The notes: a model not told the origin generated them from the sequence alone. Counted from the stretch's first letter, positions 9,424 to 18,493 are shown. The stretch: 64,000 bases of DNA from Patescibacteria group bacterium (GCA_022868165.1 JALHYA010000004.1:16457-80456), one strand, 5' to 3'. Numbers and translations: made by a program.

Positions 9424-10079
9424 AAATCCCTATAATATCAACTCCCGACAAACCCTTGACCGCTTCCAGCCAAGAATTTCTTCCAATTGCGGACATAACC
9501 GACGATATTGTTCTTTATCGGGACGGCGGAGCTGCTTTGATCATGGAGTCCACTTCTCTCAATTTCAGTCTACTCTCTGAAAAGGAACAGGAGGCCGTCA
9601 TTGCTGCCTACGCCGCTTTAATCAACTCCCTTTCCTTTGCGGTCCAGATTGTCGTCAGAACCAAAAGAAAAGATATTACAAGCTATATAAATTATATTGA
9701 CGAAAATGCTCAAAAAATTAGAAATCCTAAATTGGCACAACTGATGCAAGGTTATAAAGCCTTCATTATGGAATCCGTTAAAAAGAAAAATGTCTTGGGC
9801 AAAAAATTTTATATTGTAATTCCGTTTAGCCAACTTGAGCTGGGAGTAACAAAGGCGCTTTTTTCTTCAACCCGCAGAAAAGGTCCTCTTCCTTTCCCCA
9901 AAAGTTACGTTGTCAAAAAAGCCAAGGTGGTTCTTTATCCCAGACGCGACCATTTAATTCGGCAGACAGGACGGCTGGGCATTCGCTTAAAGCAACTCAC
10001 CACCAACGAATTAATTGAACTTTTTTACAGCGTTTTTAATCCTGAAATTCCGACTGTCAAAAAGGAGGAAACCCAATGA
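9420..10079 (+). CDS. VirB4/TraE N-terminal domain encoded as a separate ORF (split VirB4, part 1)
   Basis: 'FLPIADITDDIVLYRDGGAALIMESTSLNFSLLSEKEQEAVIAAYAALINSLSFAVQIVV' matches the conserved N-terminus of Gram-positive VirB4/TraE; its stop overlaps the next start (ATGA), which has a GGAGG ribosome-binding site. Confidence 0.55.
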   Translation: MKIPIISTPDKPLTASSQEFLPIADITDDIVLYRDGGAALIMESTSLNFSLLSEKEQEAVIAAYAALINSLSFAVQIVVRTKRKDITSYINYIDENAQKIRNPKLAQLMQGYKAFIMESVKKKNVLGKKFYIVIPFSQLELGVTKALFSSTRRKGPLPFPKSYVVKKAKVVLYPRRDHLIRQTGRLGIRLKQLTTNELIELFYSVFNPEIPTVKKEETQ

Positions 10080-11803
10080 AGCCCAAAATCCCGAGCGTGC
10101 AGCTTTCGATTGCCCAAAAGCAAAATCTTTTGGATATTATCGCTCCCCAATCTCTCGATATTGATTTCGACTATATAACCCTAAACGGCGTTTTCTTTAG
10201 AACCATTTTTATTGCCGGCTATCCCAGATTTGTTGCTCCGGGCTGGCTCGAGCCGATCGTCAATTTCAACAACTCCCTGGATATTTCCTTCTCTATTTAC
10301 CCGGTCGAGGGTAAAACGGTCCTTGATGATTTACGAAGAAAAATTGCCGAGATGGAGGCCGAAATCGGAACCGACTTGGAAAGAGGAAAAATCGTTGACC
10401 CCTCAACACAGGCAAAACTTGAGGATGCAAGAAACCTGCAGGAACAACTTGTAAAGGGCGCAGAGCGTTTTTATCAGTTTTCTTTCTACATAACAATTCC
10501 GGCTCCGACACTTGAGGAGCTCAATCACATAACCCACCAGGTTGAATCAACTCTCGGTTCGCTCTTGATTGTTTCCAAGCATGCAATTTTGGACATGGAT
10601 TCGGGTTTCCTATCGACTGCCCCCTTTGGTTTAGACAAGCTGGCAATAACAAGAAACATGGACACAACTTCACTTTCCACAACTTTTCCGCTAACAAGCG
10701 CCGAGCTTTCCAGCGACCGCGGAGTCTTGTATGGAATTAATTCCAAAAACGAATCTTTTATTATTTTCGACCGCTTTTCAATGGAAAACAGCAACATGAC
10801 GATTTTCGCTACTTCGGGTGCGGGAAAATCCTACTTCGTAAAACTTGAGGCCTTAAGAAGTCTAATGCTGGGAACGGAAATAATCGTTCTGGACCCGGAA
10901 AGCGAATACAAAAGCCTTTGCGATGCTGTTGGGGGACAATTTATAACTTTTTCTTTCAACTCTCCTTCAAAAATAAATCCGTTTGACCTTTCGCAAATTT
11001 ATGAGGAAGGAGAAAATCAACTGGGACTAAAAATTCTTTCTCTCCACTCTCTATTTAAGGTAATCATGGGCCAGATTACTCCCATACAAGAAGCTCTTTT
11101 GGATAGGTCGTTGGTTGCGACCTACCGGGCCAAGGGAATAACCCAAGACCCTACAACACAGAAAAAAGAGCCGCCTTTAATGGAAGACCTTTATAAAATG
11201 CTTGTGGGAATGGAAACTCCCGAGGCTTTGGACTTGGCCGCAAGGATTGAAAAATTCGTCAGAGGCTCTTTTGTGGGAATCTTTGACAGGCAAACAAATG
11301 TCGATTTGAATAATCCGTTCACCGTTTTTTCTGTCAAAGACCTTCAGGATGTTCTGCGCCCAATCGCAATGTTTGTAATCCTCGATTATGTTTGGACAAG
11401 AGTCAAAAAGGATATTAAAAAGAGGCTTTTAATTGTAGATGAGGCCTGGCACATGATGAAATACCCGGACTCTGCACAATTTTTGTGGTCGGTGGTCAAA
11501 AGGGCCAGAAAATATTATTTGGGTCTTACAACTATCACCCAAGACGTAGAAGACTTTTTGGGTCAGGATATCGGAAAGGCGATAGTTACCAACTCCGCTT
11601 TGCAGCTTCTTCTTAAACAATCGCCTGCGGCTATAGATAAAATTGCCGAAGTTTTTTATTTGTCGCAGGGAGAAAGACAGCTTCTCTTGGCCGCCAACAT
11701 CGGTGAGGGAATCTTCTTTGCCGGTCCTCACCACGCTCCCATTAGGATTGTTGCCTCGGATGCGGAACATAAACTAATATCCACCAAACCCTTAGCAACA
11801 TGA
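10076..11803 (+). CDS. virB4: VirB4/TrbE-like T4SS ATPase (central + C-terminal ATPase domains)
   Basis: Walker A 'ATSGAGKSYF', Walker B 'LLIVDEAWHMM', 575 aa. Confidence 0.7.
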   Translation: MKPKIPSVQLSIAQKQNLLDIIAPQSLDIDFDYITLNGVFFRTIFIAGYPRFVAPGWLEPIVNFNNSLDISFSIYPVEGKTVLDDLRRKIAEMEAEIGTDLERGKIVDPSTQAKLEDARNLQEQLVKGAERFYQFSFYITIPAPTLEELNHITHQVESTLGSLLIVSKHAILDMDSGFLSTAPFGLDKLAITRNMDTTSLSTTFPLTSAELSSDRGVLYGINSKNESFIIFDRFSMENSNMTIFATSGAGKSYFVKLEALRSLMLGTEIIVLDPESEYKSLCDAVGGQFITFSFNSPSKINPFDLSQIYEEGENQLGLKILSLHSLFKVIMGQITPIQEALLDRSLVATYRAKGITQDPTTQKKEPPLMEDLYKMLVGMETPEALDLAARIEKFVRGSFVGIFDRQTNVDLNNPFTVFSVKDLQDVLRPIAMFVILDYVWTRVKKDIKKRLLIVDEAWHMMKYPDSAQFLWSVVKRARKYYLGLTTITQDVEDFLGQDIGKAIVTNSALQLLLKQSPAAIDKIAEVFYLSQGERQLLLAANIGEGIFFAGPHHAPIRIVASDAEHKLISTKPLAT

Positions 11804-14163
11804 GCCAAGAAGAAGCTCGAAAACTTTTAGATGCATGGGCGTTTTTCGATAAACATCCCGAAGCCAAAAGCTGGGAAGGAATGCCGCGGCCAGAATTTTA
11901 TCGGCTGGTACAAATCATTGCCGGCACTGACAATTTGGTCGATGCCAAGGAATATTTCGAGGGAGTTGCCGCAGGAACCATAACCGGCGACATGCCGACC
12001 GCACTTCTTGAGGCCCAAAAAGAAGGGCAAGATATTTCCACGCGCCTTTCGACTTCCAAAAGTGCTTCGAGAGTCACAAAGGGTTGGTTGGCCAAATTAA
12101 GCACTAAGAGCGCAGAGGAAGTAGCAGAAAAGCAGGTGGCTGCGGCCCAAGTTCGGGCCGTAGTCGAAAGAGCAGAGGAAGAAACTCCCGCACTCAAAGA
12201 GGTTCCAAAGCCTAAAGCAACCAAGACGGTCGTGCCCTCTTCCGCGGAGACCCCGCCCTCGGCACCGGCCACAACACCGTCTACACCCGTTGAGGAAGGC
12301 CTTAGTATAAAAATTTCCAGCGGGGCATTTGGGTCTTTTGAACAAATGGCCGGAAAAGCGGCAGGAACTCCCCTGGCAATAATTTCTATGTTCTCTCCCC
12401 CCAAGAGCTCGATGACTCCCCAAACAAGCGCCGCTGTTTCGAGCGCCCTAAGTCTTTCCCAAGTAGCACAAAGGGCCGAAAAACTTCCTGAGGCGGACAG
12501 AGAGCACATCTTGTCTTTGGTTAACAATCTTAGAAAGGCCGAGTTTTCTTTTGTCCAACAAACCCGGCTTCTTTCCGTTCGAGAAATCACTATTCTCAGC
12601 GGTTCCGAGTTCGGGATGGACCAGGAAAGCATAGTTGCCCTCCTCGGCGGAGGGCGGGGTATTCCCGAAAGAGGCCCTTCTTTCGTTGCTCGGGTAGGAC
12701 AACAGCTTTTCGGCAGCATCGCCAAAAAGGCGGCAAGCAAGGCAATTGCAGGAGCACTAACCAAAGCAGGAATCTCTGTTGCCGGCAAAGCCGTTGCCGG
12801 AGCCGTAGGTCAGGCCGCAATCCCCATTCCCGGAGTCGGTTTTATTGTCGGCCAAATTATCGACTGGATTGCAAATAAAGCAGTGGATCTGGCCTCCCGT
12901 GTAGCTATCTGGATTAAAGAACACGGAAAAGAAGTTGTCGGGGGTCTTTTGATTGGCGGAGGAATCTTAATCGGCGGGTTTGCCGGATTGGCTGCCGGAA
13001 TTGCTGGCGGAGCAATTGCGCTGGGCGGTTCCGGGCTAAGCACAATCGCATCTGGAATTGGGAGTTTCTTTTCATTTATCTTTACCGGAATAATTCTTCC
13101 TTCAATTGGAATTCCGATATTGGTAGCCCTCTTTGCTGTTCCTGCAGTTATTGTAATTATTCTTTTTATTATCAACTCCAGTGCCTATATTGTCCCTCCT
13201 CGGACGGGATTTATAAGCGGAGAAAATCCTTATATAGGCGTAGAAAAAGTAGCCAGCCCCACGGGGCCCTTTAGCAACGACGACCTTTTCAAAACTCCCC
13301 CGATAGTTGTCGAATATACCATCACAATAACGGCGAAAAAGGGTACTCTGACCAATATAAGTTTTGCTTATGACTGCGAGGTTATAAAAAAGGGCTCGAC
13401 AGAGGACTGCCCTAATGCAAATTTAGTCGACTCGCAAGGGAAAGCAATTACAATTGGGCCGCAAGCAAACTTAAGAATCTCTCCGACCGAGCCCTACAAA
13501 ATTACATATCAAGCCCAGTATTCCGGCGGCCGCTTTCAAGACTCTGCAATTATAGATACCCTGACGGTTACCGCGGACGCGGCAGAACAAAACGGGGCGC
13601 AAGCAAGCGGCGGTGCAGCCGTAATAATCGGAAACCCCCCGACCGGCTGTTTCAGGTTTGATGATTCCTGGCCGGCCAATCTAAAGGCAAATGAGGTTAG
13701 AGCAATTACCGAGCTTACAAGGGCCAGTGTATATATGACAAGACTTTGTGCTGCAGGAGAAATTGTTCTGAAATACGGCGGGAACAACGGCGGTGTCGGC
13801 GGAGATGTTATCGCCGGTCCCAACATTATCACCATCTATTCTGCGGGCGTGCAATATGGACCCACAAGCACCCTCTATACCACAACGCACGAATCGGGCC
13901 ACATCTTTGCAAGAAGATATGGAGGAATTTTTAGACAATATGCGGACACGCCTGGCGTTGGCAATGTTCTTATCTGCACTTATCCTTTCAACAACAGCGT
14001 TGGAGAAAGCTTTCCCGAAATGATAGGTCTTTTTGTGGCCAACAGCCCGGGACATGCCCCAATTAATCTCTTCGGCTGTTTGGGTGGAAGTTTTAAAACC
14101 AAATATCCTGCACACTGGCAGTTTGCGCGAAACGTAATTTTTCAGCAAGACCTGGGGTGGTAA
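11800..14163 (+). CDS. Large membrane protein (Ala/Pro-rich N-terminal region, Gly-rich multi-TM core, extracellular C-terminal domain), T4SS-associated, unknown function
   Basis: 787 aa; TM block 'GGLLIGGGILIGGFAGLAAGIAGGAIALGG...'; C-terminal HESGH (HExxH-like) motif of uncertain significance. Confidence 0.5.
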   Translation: MSQEEARKLLDAWAFFDKHPEAKSWEGMPRPEFYRLVQIIAGTDNLVDAKEYFEGVAAGTITGDMPTALLEAQKEGQDISTRLSTSKSASRVTKGWLAKLSTKSAEEVAEKQVAAAQVRAVVERAEEETPALKEVPKPKATKTVVPSSAETPPSAPATTPSTPVEEGLSIKISSGAFGSFEQMAGKAAGTPLAIISMFSPPKSSMTPQTSAAVSSALSLSQVAQRAEKLPEADREHILSLVNNLRKAEFSFVQQTRLLSVREITILSGSEFGMDQESIVALLGGGRGIPERGPSFVARVGQQLFGSIAKKAASKAIAGALTKAGISVAGKAVAGAVGQAAIPIPGVGFIVGQIIDWIANKAVDLASRVAIWIKEHGKEVVGGLLIGGGILIGGFAGLAAGIAGGAIALGGSGLSTIASGIGSFFSFIFTGIILPSIGIPILVALFAVPAVIVIILFIINSSAYIVPPRTGFISGENPYIGVEKVASPTGPFSNDDLFKTPPIVVEYTITITAKKGTLTNISFAYDCEVIKKGSTEDCPNANLVDSQGKAITIGPQANLRISPTEPYKITYQAQYSGGRFQDSAIIDTLTVTADAAEQNGAQASGGAAVIIGNPPTGCFRFDDSWPANLKANEVRAITELTRASVYMTRLCAAGEIVLKYGGNNGGVGGDVIAGPNIITIYSAGVQYGPTSTLYTTTHESGHIFARRYGGIFRQYADTPGVGNVLICTYPFNNSVGESFPEMIGLFVANSPGHAPINLFGCLGGSFKTKYPAHWQFARNVIFQQDLGW

Positions 14164-14164
14164 A

Positions 14165-14737
14165 ATGTTTCGGATGAATAAAAAAATCGTTGTTGTTGGA
14201 ATAATTATTTTTATCTTGCTTTTTGGAGCAATTTTCCTTCTTGGTGCGGGACGTAAAAAAACGCCCACTCCTGTTCCAACTACAACCTCGGGGGTTTCCT
14301 GGCAAGGCCTCGTCGCCGGCAAGAGCACAAAGGACCAGGTCAATGGTGTACTGGGAAACCCTCTCAGTGAAACTTCCTCGGGAAATCAAACTACAAACAC
14401 ATATTCTTCCTTAAGCGAAACCCGACCCAACAGTGCCGTTTTTGACAACAACTCCAATACCGCACTGTTTTTAAGGCAAATCGTTTCCGCTAAAGATACC
14501 AAAACAACAAAAGACATTGTGGATGTGTATGGGGAAACAAACACAAAGCTTTACGGCCTTGATTGGATAAACGGGATTTACCTTTTTGTTTATCTGGACA
14601 AGGGGATTGCATATCTTGCAAACCCGGACAGCAACACCCTATTTGAAGTCTGGTATTTTCCTCCCACAACGCTCGACAATTTCCTAAAGACTTGGGCAAC
14701 CGATTATTCAACTCAACCCAAAAACCAACCCTTCTAG
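14165..14737 (+). CDS. Small N-terminally anchored secreted protein
   Basis: 190 aa, N-terminal TM, Ser/Thr-rich linker. Confidence 0.45.
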   Translation: MFRMNKKIVVVGIIIFILLFGAIFLLGAGRKKTPTPVPTTTSGVSWQGLVAGKSTKDQVNGVLGNPLSETSSGNQTTNTYSSLSETRPNSAVFDNNSNTALFLRQIVSAKDTKTTKDIVDVYGETNTKLYGLDWINGIYLFVYLDKGIAYLANPDSNTLFEVWYFPPTTLDNFLKTWATDYSTQPKNQPF

Positions 14738-15852
14738 CCCTGAAGTCTAACCGGCATTATAAGGTGAAGATAGTTGGGGTCTGTGGCTTCCTGAAACACT
14801 CCAGGAGCGGTGGCGGATGAGAAAGTTAGCGTTATGGCATCTCCTACGGCTGACTGCAAGAATTCTTCAACAAATCGATAATTGAATGCAATTTCAAATC
14901 CCTTACTTTCGCCCTCGACCTTTGCATCAACTACCGCCTTCTGGCTTCCGGTTTGGTTACTTTCGGCGCTTAACGAAAGTCCCCCTTTTGAAGTAGCAAA
15001 TCGAATTATGTTTGCCGAGTCTCTGGCAAAAACCGAGGATGTTTTGACCGCCCTTAAAAGTTCCTCTTTGTCCACTCCGACTTTTACTTGTCCTCCTTTG
15101 GGGATTATTTTTTCAAAATCGGGAAAGTCCCCTTCCAAAATTCTTGTCGAAAAAACACAATCCCCCACTTCAAAAACCACCTGACTGTCTTTTTCTTTAT
15201 AGGAAAGGGAGATCTCTTCTGCCTCCGCCGAAAGCCTGGAAATTTCTCCCAAAGCGCTTTTCGGCAAAATAATCTTTTGCGGCTTTCCTCCCCCACCCAA
15301 AGAAATCTTCTTTTGGGAAAGCCTAAACCCGTCGGTTGCAACCATTGTCAAGAATCCTTTCTGAAAAAGAAAAAGAACCCCCGTAAGAATGGGCCTTGTC
15401 TCGTCTACTGATGCCGAAAAAACAACCTGAGAAAGGGCCCGGGAAAATTCTTCTTTGGGTAGAAGTATTGAGTTTTGTTTATCTACGCTCTGAGGAATTG
15501 AAGGAAAGTCCCCGGCGTTCATTCCGGAAATGTTGCTTTCAAAACCCTGTGCCGAAATTTGAATTTTTTCTTTTTCTACGGATAATTCAATTTGTCCCGG
15601 AGGAAGATTGGCTACAAGTTCCGAGATAACCCTTGCCGGTACTGTAATTTCTCCCTCTTTTTGTACCTGTGCCCCTATGGAAATTGCAACCGAAATTTCT
15701 AAATTTGTTGCCAAAATGGAAAGTTTTGTCTTCTTTGCCGAAAGAAAGATATTTCCCAAGACAGGAAGTTGGGCTTTGCTGGAAGTAAATCTTAAGGCCG
15801 TATTAAGGGCTTTGGATAAGTTCTCCTGAAGAACAGTAAGTTTCATTTCCAT
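14734..15852 (-). CDS. dnaN: DNA polymerase III beta sliding clamp
   Basis: 372 aa, three-domain clamp-like sequence, immediately downstream of dnaA. Confidence 0.85.
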   Translation of the reverse strand: MEMKLTVLQENLSKALNTALRFTSSKAQLPVLGNIFLSAKKTKLSILATNLEISVAISIGAQVQKEGEITVPARVISELVANLPPGQIELSVEKEKIQISAQGFESNISGMNAGDFPSIPQSVDKQNSILLPKEEFSRALSQVVFSASVDETRPILTGVLFLFQKGFLTMVATDGFRLSQKKISLGGGGKPQKIILPKSALGEISRLSAEAEEISLSYKEKDSQVVFEVGDCVFSTRILEGDFPDFEKIIPKGGQVKVGVDKEELLRAVKTSSVFARDSANIIRFATSKGGLSLSAESNQTGSQKAVVDAKVEGESKGFEIAFNYRFVEEFLQSAVGDAITLTFSSATAPGVFQEATDPNYLHLIMPVRLQG

Positions 15853-16176
15853 GAGTATATAAAAAGGTTCTCAAAACACAAGTCGTACTTTTGATTATGA
15901 CAGCATTCAAAAAACCGTGAGTGCAAGCTCTCAAATGAATTGAATGCTGACATGTCATCCTTCAAAACAAAAAAGCCTCAACTGTAAGATCGTAGAAGGA
16001 TGTCATTAAAATAGTCGTGATAGTAGTAGGTGAAGTTGATAAGTGGAAATTTTGACATATATGAATTTAAGTTTCGGGACAAATTCGTGTTGACATCAAA
16101 TATATCAATTTGTGGATTCTTTTGTGGATAGTTTTGAGGCGAGTGTTGATATGTTGGTGCTTTTTGCCAACTATCC
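15853..16176. other. dnaA-dnaN intergenic region with DnaA boxes (candidate oriC segment)
   Basis: TGTGGATTC (16111-16119) and TGTGGATAG (16124-16132), close to the consensus TGTGGATAA; AT-rich; inverted repeat ATGTCATCCTTC...GAAGGATGTCAT. Confidence 0.5.
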
Positions 16177-17538
16177 TCAAAGCCTCTGTTTTATCCCCAA
16201 GATATCCTGGCGGATTTGCACATCGGTCGAAGCCATCTGGGTTATTTTGTCCACAGCGTGCATTACGGTAGTATGATCTCTTCCTCCCACAAGCCTCCCA
16301 ACTTCTTCCAGAGGAAGCCCCAGGTCCCTTCGAAGTAAATACATCAGTATCTGCCGGGGTCTGGCGACGGGCCTTGCTCTGGAATCTCCAAGAAGGGAAC
16401 GTTTTCCTAAGGAGAAGTGTTTGGACACCGCGGAGATGACGTTTTCCGGATTAACCCTTTTTGTTTGCAAAGCTTGCGACTCCCCCTTACCGAGAAGTGA
16501 CTGAATAAGCTCTTCGGTTATTTGTGTATTTTTTAGTTTCGCTTCAGAAGAAAGCCTTACCAAAAACCCTTCAAGCTTTCGGGCTGAGTCGGTGTTGGCT
16601 GCAATAAGCTGAACCAATTCCATAGGAAGCTCTATTCCCCTACCGGCCGCCTTTATCTGCAAAATCGCACAGCGCAACTCAAAATCCGGGGGCGCAATGT
16701 CAACAATTAATCCCGCCTCAAAACGGCTTCTTAATCTTTCCTCGAGTTTTGATATTTCGGAAGGGGGCCTGTCGGAGGTTAAAATAATTTGACCCCCGGC
16801 GCTGGTTACGGCGTTGAATGTGTGGAAGAATTCTTCCTGCACTGCGTCCTTGCCAGCAATAAACTGAATGTCGTCTATTAAAAGGGCATCAAGTTTGCGG
16901 TATTTGTTTCTGAAAGATTGTGTCGTTTTGTTTCTTATTCCCTCCACGATGTCGTTGGTAAAATCTTCTCCGGTACAAAAAAGAACGTTTGGGTTGGGAT
17001 TTTTGCTTAAGATTTCATACCCGACAGCAATCATTAAATGGGTTTTCCCAACCCCAACGCCTCCCCAAATAAAAAGAGGGTTATATGCGCTCCCCGGAGT
17101 TTTTGAAACCGCGTCAGCCGCAGCCCACGCCATTTGATTGGAAGAAGAGACGGCAAAGTTTTCGAAAGTAAACCCCTGTCTAATCCTTGCCCTAGCTAGC
17201 GCCGTAGAAAGCACTTCCAAAGATTCCTTTTCCTGATTAAACAAAGGGGCGAGAGAGTTTTCGATTGCTTTTGTTTTTGGCGCCTGTTTTACTACAAAGA
17301 GGATGTCGCAGGGCTTCCCCAACTGTTTTGTCAAGCTGTCTTGAATCAGTCCAAAATATCTCGACTCAATGGTTGTCTTAACAAAAGGGGAATTGCAACC
17401 GACCTGTGCGGTTGCCCGATCGTTTATGTCGGCAAGATCTATTAGGTGGGTTTGGGAAAACCATGTAGAGAAAATTGCGGGGGAGACTGCAACCTTTATA
17501 CTCTCAAGGACATCGTGCCAGAGTCTATTTGCATCCAT
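16177..17538 (-). CDS. dnaA: Chromosomal replication initiator DnaA
   Basis: AAA+ P-loop 'GGVGVGKTHLM'; C-terminal DnaA-box-binding domain 'RPRQILMYLLRRDLGLPLEEVG..DHTTVMHA'. Confidence 0.9.
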   Translation of the reverse strand: MDANRLWHDVLESIKVAVSPAIFSTWFSQTHLIDLADINDRATAQVGCNSPFVKTTIESRYFGLIQDSLTKQLGKPCDILFVVKQAPKTKAIENSLAPLFNQEKESLEVLSTALARARIRQGFTFENFAVSSSNQMAWAAADAVSKTPGSAYNPLFIWGGVGVGKTHLMIAVGYEILSKNPNPNVLFCTGEDFTNDIVEGIRNKTTQSFRNKYRKLDALLIDDIQFIAGKDAVQEEFFHTFNAVTSAGGQIILTSDRPPSEISKLEERLRSRFEAGLIVDIAPPDFELRCAILQIKAAGRGIELPMELVQLIAANTDSARKLEGFLVRLSSEAKLKNTQITEELIQSLLGKGESQALQTKRVNPENVISAVSKHFSLGKRSLLGDSRARPVARPRQILMYLLRRDLGLPLEEVGRLVGGRDHTTVMHAVDKITQMASTDVQIRQDILGIKQRL

Positions 17539-17884
17539 TGTGGGAGGACAGGAGTAAGGGGATAGTAACTAAGTTATCAACAATCCGTCAATAGTCAAAA
17601 AGTCTCAGTTTTGTTATCCCTCGAGCTTTGTCGTAAACGCATTTTCAAAAAATGCTCGTCGGGTGTAGCACAAAGAAGATTGCAAATCTCACTCCTCGCT
17701 TGACGTTTCACCAGTCGGAATTTCTCTTACGAGATACAACATCCTTTTTATGACTGGTTCGACACATTTTTGAAAATGGTTTCCTCGCGCTCTCGGGGCA
17801 AACAAAGACTTTGGTAGAATTTTCCTTATCAACAATCCGTCAATCCCCAAAAAACTGGAGACTGGAAAATGGAGATTGGAAACT
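17539..17884. other. Region upstream of dnaA with DnaA-box-like repeats and AT-rich palindromes (candidate oriC / DNA-unwinding element)
   Basis: Perfect 19-mer TTATCAACAATCCGTCAAT at 17574-17592 and 17826-17844 (TTATCAACA differs from TTATCCACA by 1 nt); palindromes GCATTTTCAAAAAATGC (17640-17656) and CATTTTTGAAAATG (17769-17782). Confidence 0.5.
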
Positions 17885-18005
17885 TTATGACATCCTCCCC
17901 GCTCCAAAGAGCGGGGTTTCCCTCCAAAGGAGGATGACATATCGGCGTTCAATTCATCTCCGCAACAAATTGCGGAGCGTTCTTGAATGCTGTTATAATA
18001 CCCCT
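17885..18005 (+). promoter_or_regulatory. Repeated promoter/hairpin module (copy 1): long imperfect hairpin, second hairpin, extended -10 (TGtTATAAT), leaderless start for rpmH
   Basis: ~88% identical to 47740-47859; tgtTATAAT at 17992-18000, ATG 6 nt downstream; hairpins catcctcc/ggaggatg, ccccgctc/gagcgggg and ctccgcaa/ttgcggag. Confidence 0.55.
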
Positions 18006-18146
18006 ATGTCAACAAAAAGAACCTATCAACCGAAGAAAAGGAAAAGAGCAAAAACTCACGGATTTCGTGCGAGAGTTAAGTCCGCTTCCGGCCGCAGGGT
18101 CCTTAAAAGAAGGCGCCAAAAAGGCCGAAAAAGGCTGACTCCATAA
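18006..18146 (+). CDS. rpmH: 50S ribosomal protein L34
   Basis: [46 protein letters not shown], canonical L34. Confidence 0.9.
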   Translation: MSTKRTYQPKKRKRAKTHGFRARVKSASGRRVLKRRRQKGRKRLTP

Positions 18147-18148
18147 TA

Positions 18149-18493
18149 ATGCTTGCTGCACCATATAGACTTTCAGGCGAAGAAGAATTTGCTCGGGTCG
18201 AAAAAGAGGGAAAGCTTTATCAAAGCAAGTCCTTTGGCTTGCGCTTTTTTGATAGGGGAGACACCCAATACTCGAGGTTTGGAGTTGTTGTTTCAAACAA
18301 GATTTCTAAAGAAGCAACCCAAAGGAATAGAATAAAAAGAGCTTTCAGGGAGGCCATAAGGCAATCGATGGGCTATATTAATAGGGGATTGGACGTAGTC
18401 TTTTTAGCAAAAAAAATAAGCCTGTCGGAGTCTACGGACGAGCTGATGCATGAGGTCGGAAACGCTCTTTCGGCGACAGGAATAATGAAATGA
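18149..18493 (+). CDS. rnpA: Ribonuclease P protein component
   Basis: Follows rpmH; 'RNRIKRAFREAIR' RNR-motif. Confidence 0.85.
   Translation: MLAAPYRLSGEEEFARVEKEGKLYQSKSFGLRFFDRGDTQYSRFGVVVSNKISKEATQRNRIKRAFREAIRQSMGYINRGLDVVFLAKKISLSESTDELMHEVGNALSATGIMK

Noticed and set aside
11898-12788. 296-aa minus-strand ORF (Ala/Ser/Pro/Arg-rich) and several other 60-220-aa antisense ORFs (e.g. 12097-12423, 13681-14343, 46067-46861, 31689-32316, 39691-40200)
   Set aside because: They lie entirely inside well-supported genes on the opposite strand (787-aa membrane protein, groEL, adhesin, tsaD) and have low-complexity composition typical of antisense frames in GC-richer stretches.
13870-13900. HESGH in the 787-aa membrane protein as evidence for a zinc metalloprotease
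   Set aside because: An isolated HExxH pentapeptide occurs frequently by chance. No recognisable third ligand or metzincin/gluzincin context could be verified by eye, so it is kept only as a low-interest note.
17811-18146. 111-aa ORF version of rpmH (N-terminally extended)
   Set aside because: The extension would read through the duplicated promoter/hairpin module and has no L34 similarity. The canonical 46-aa L34 starts at ATG 18006 directly after the TATAAT.
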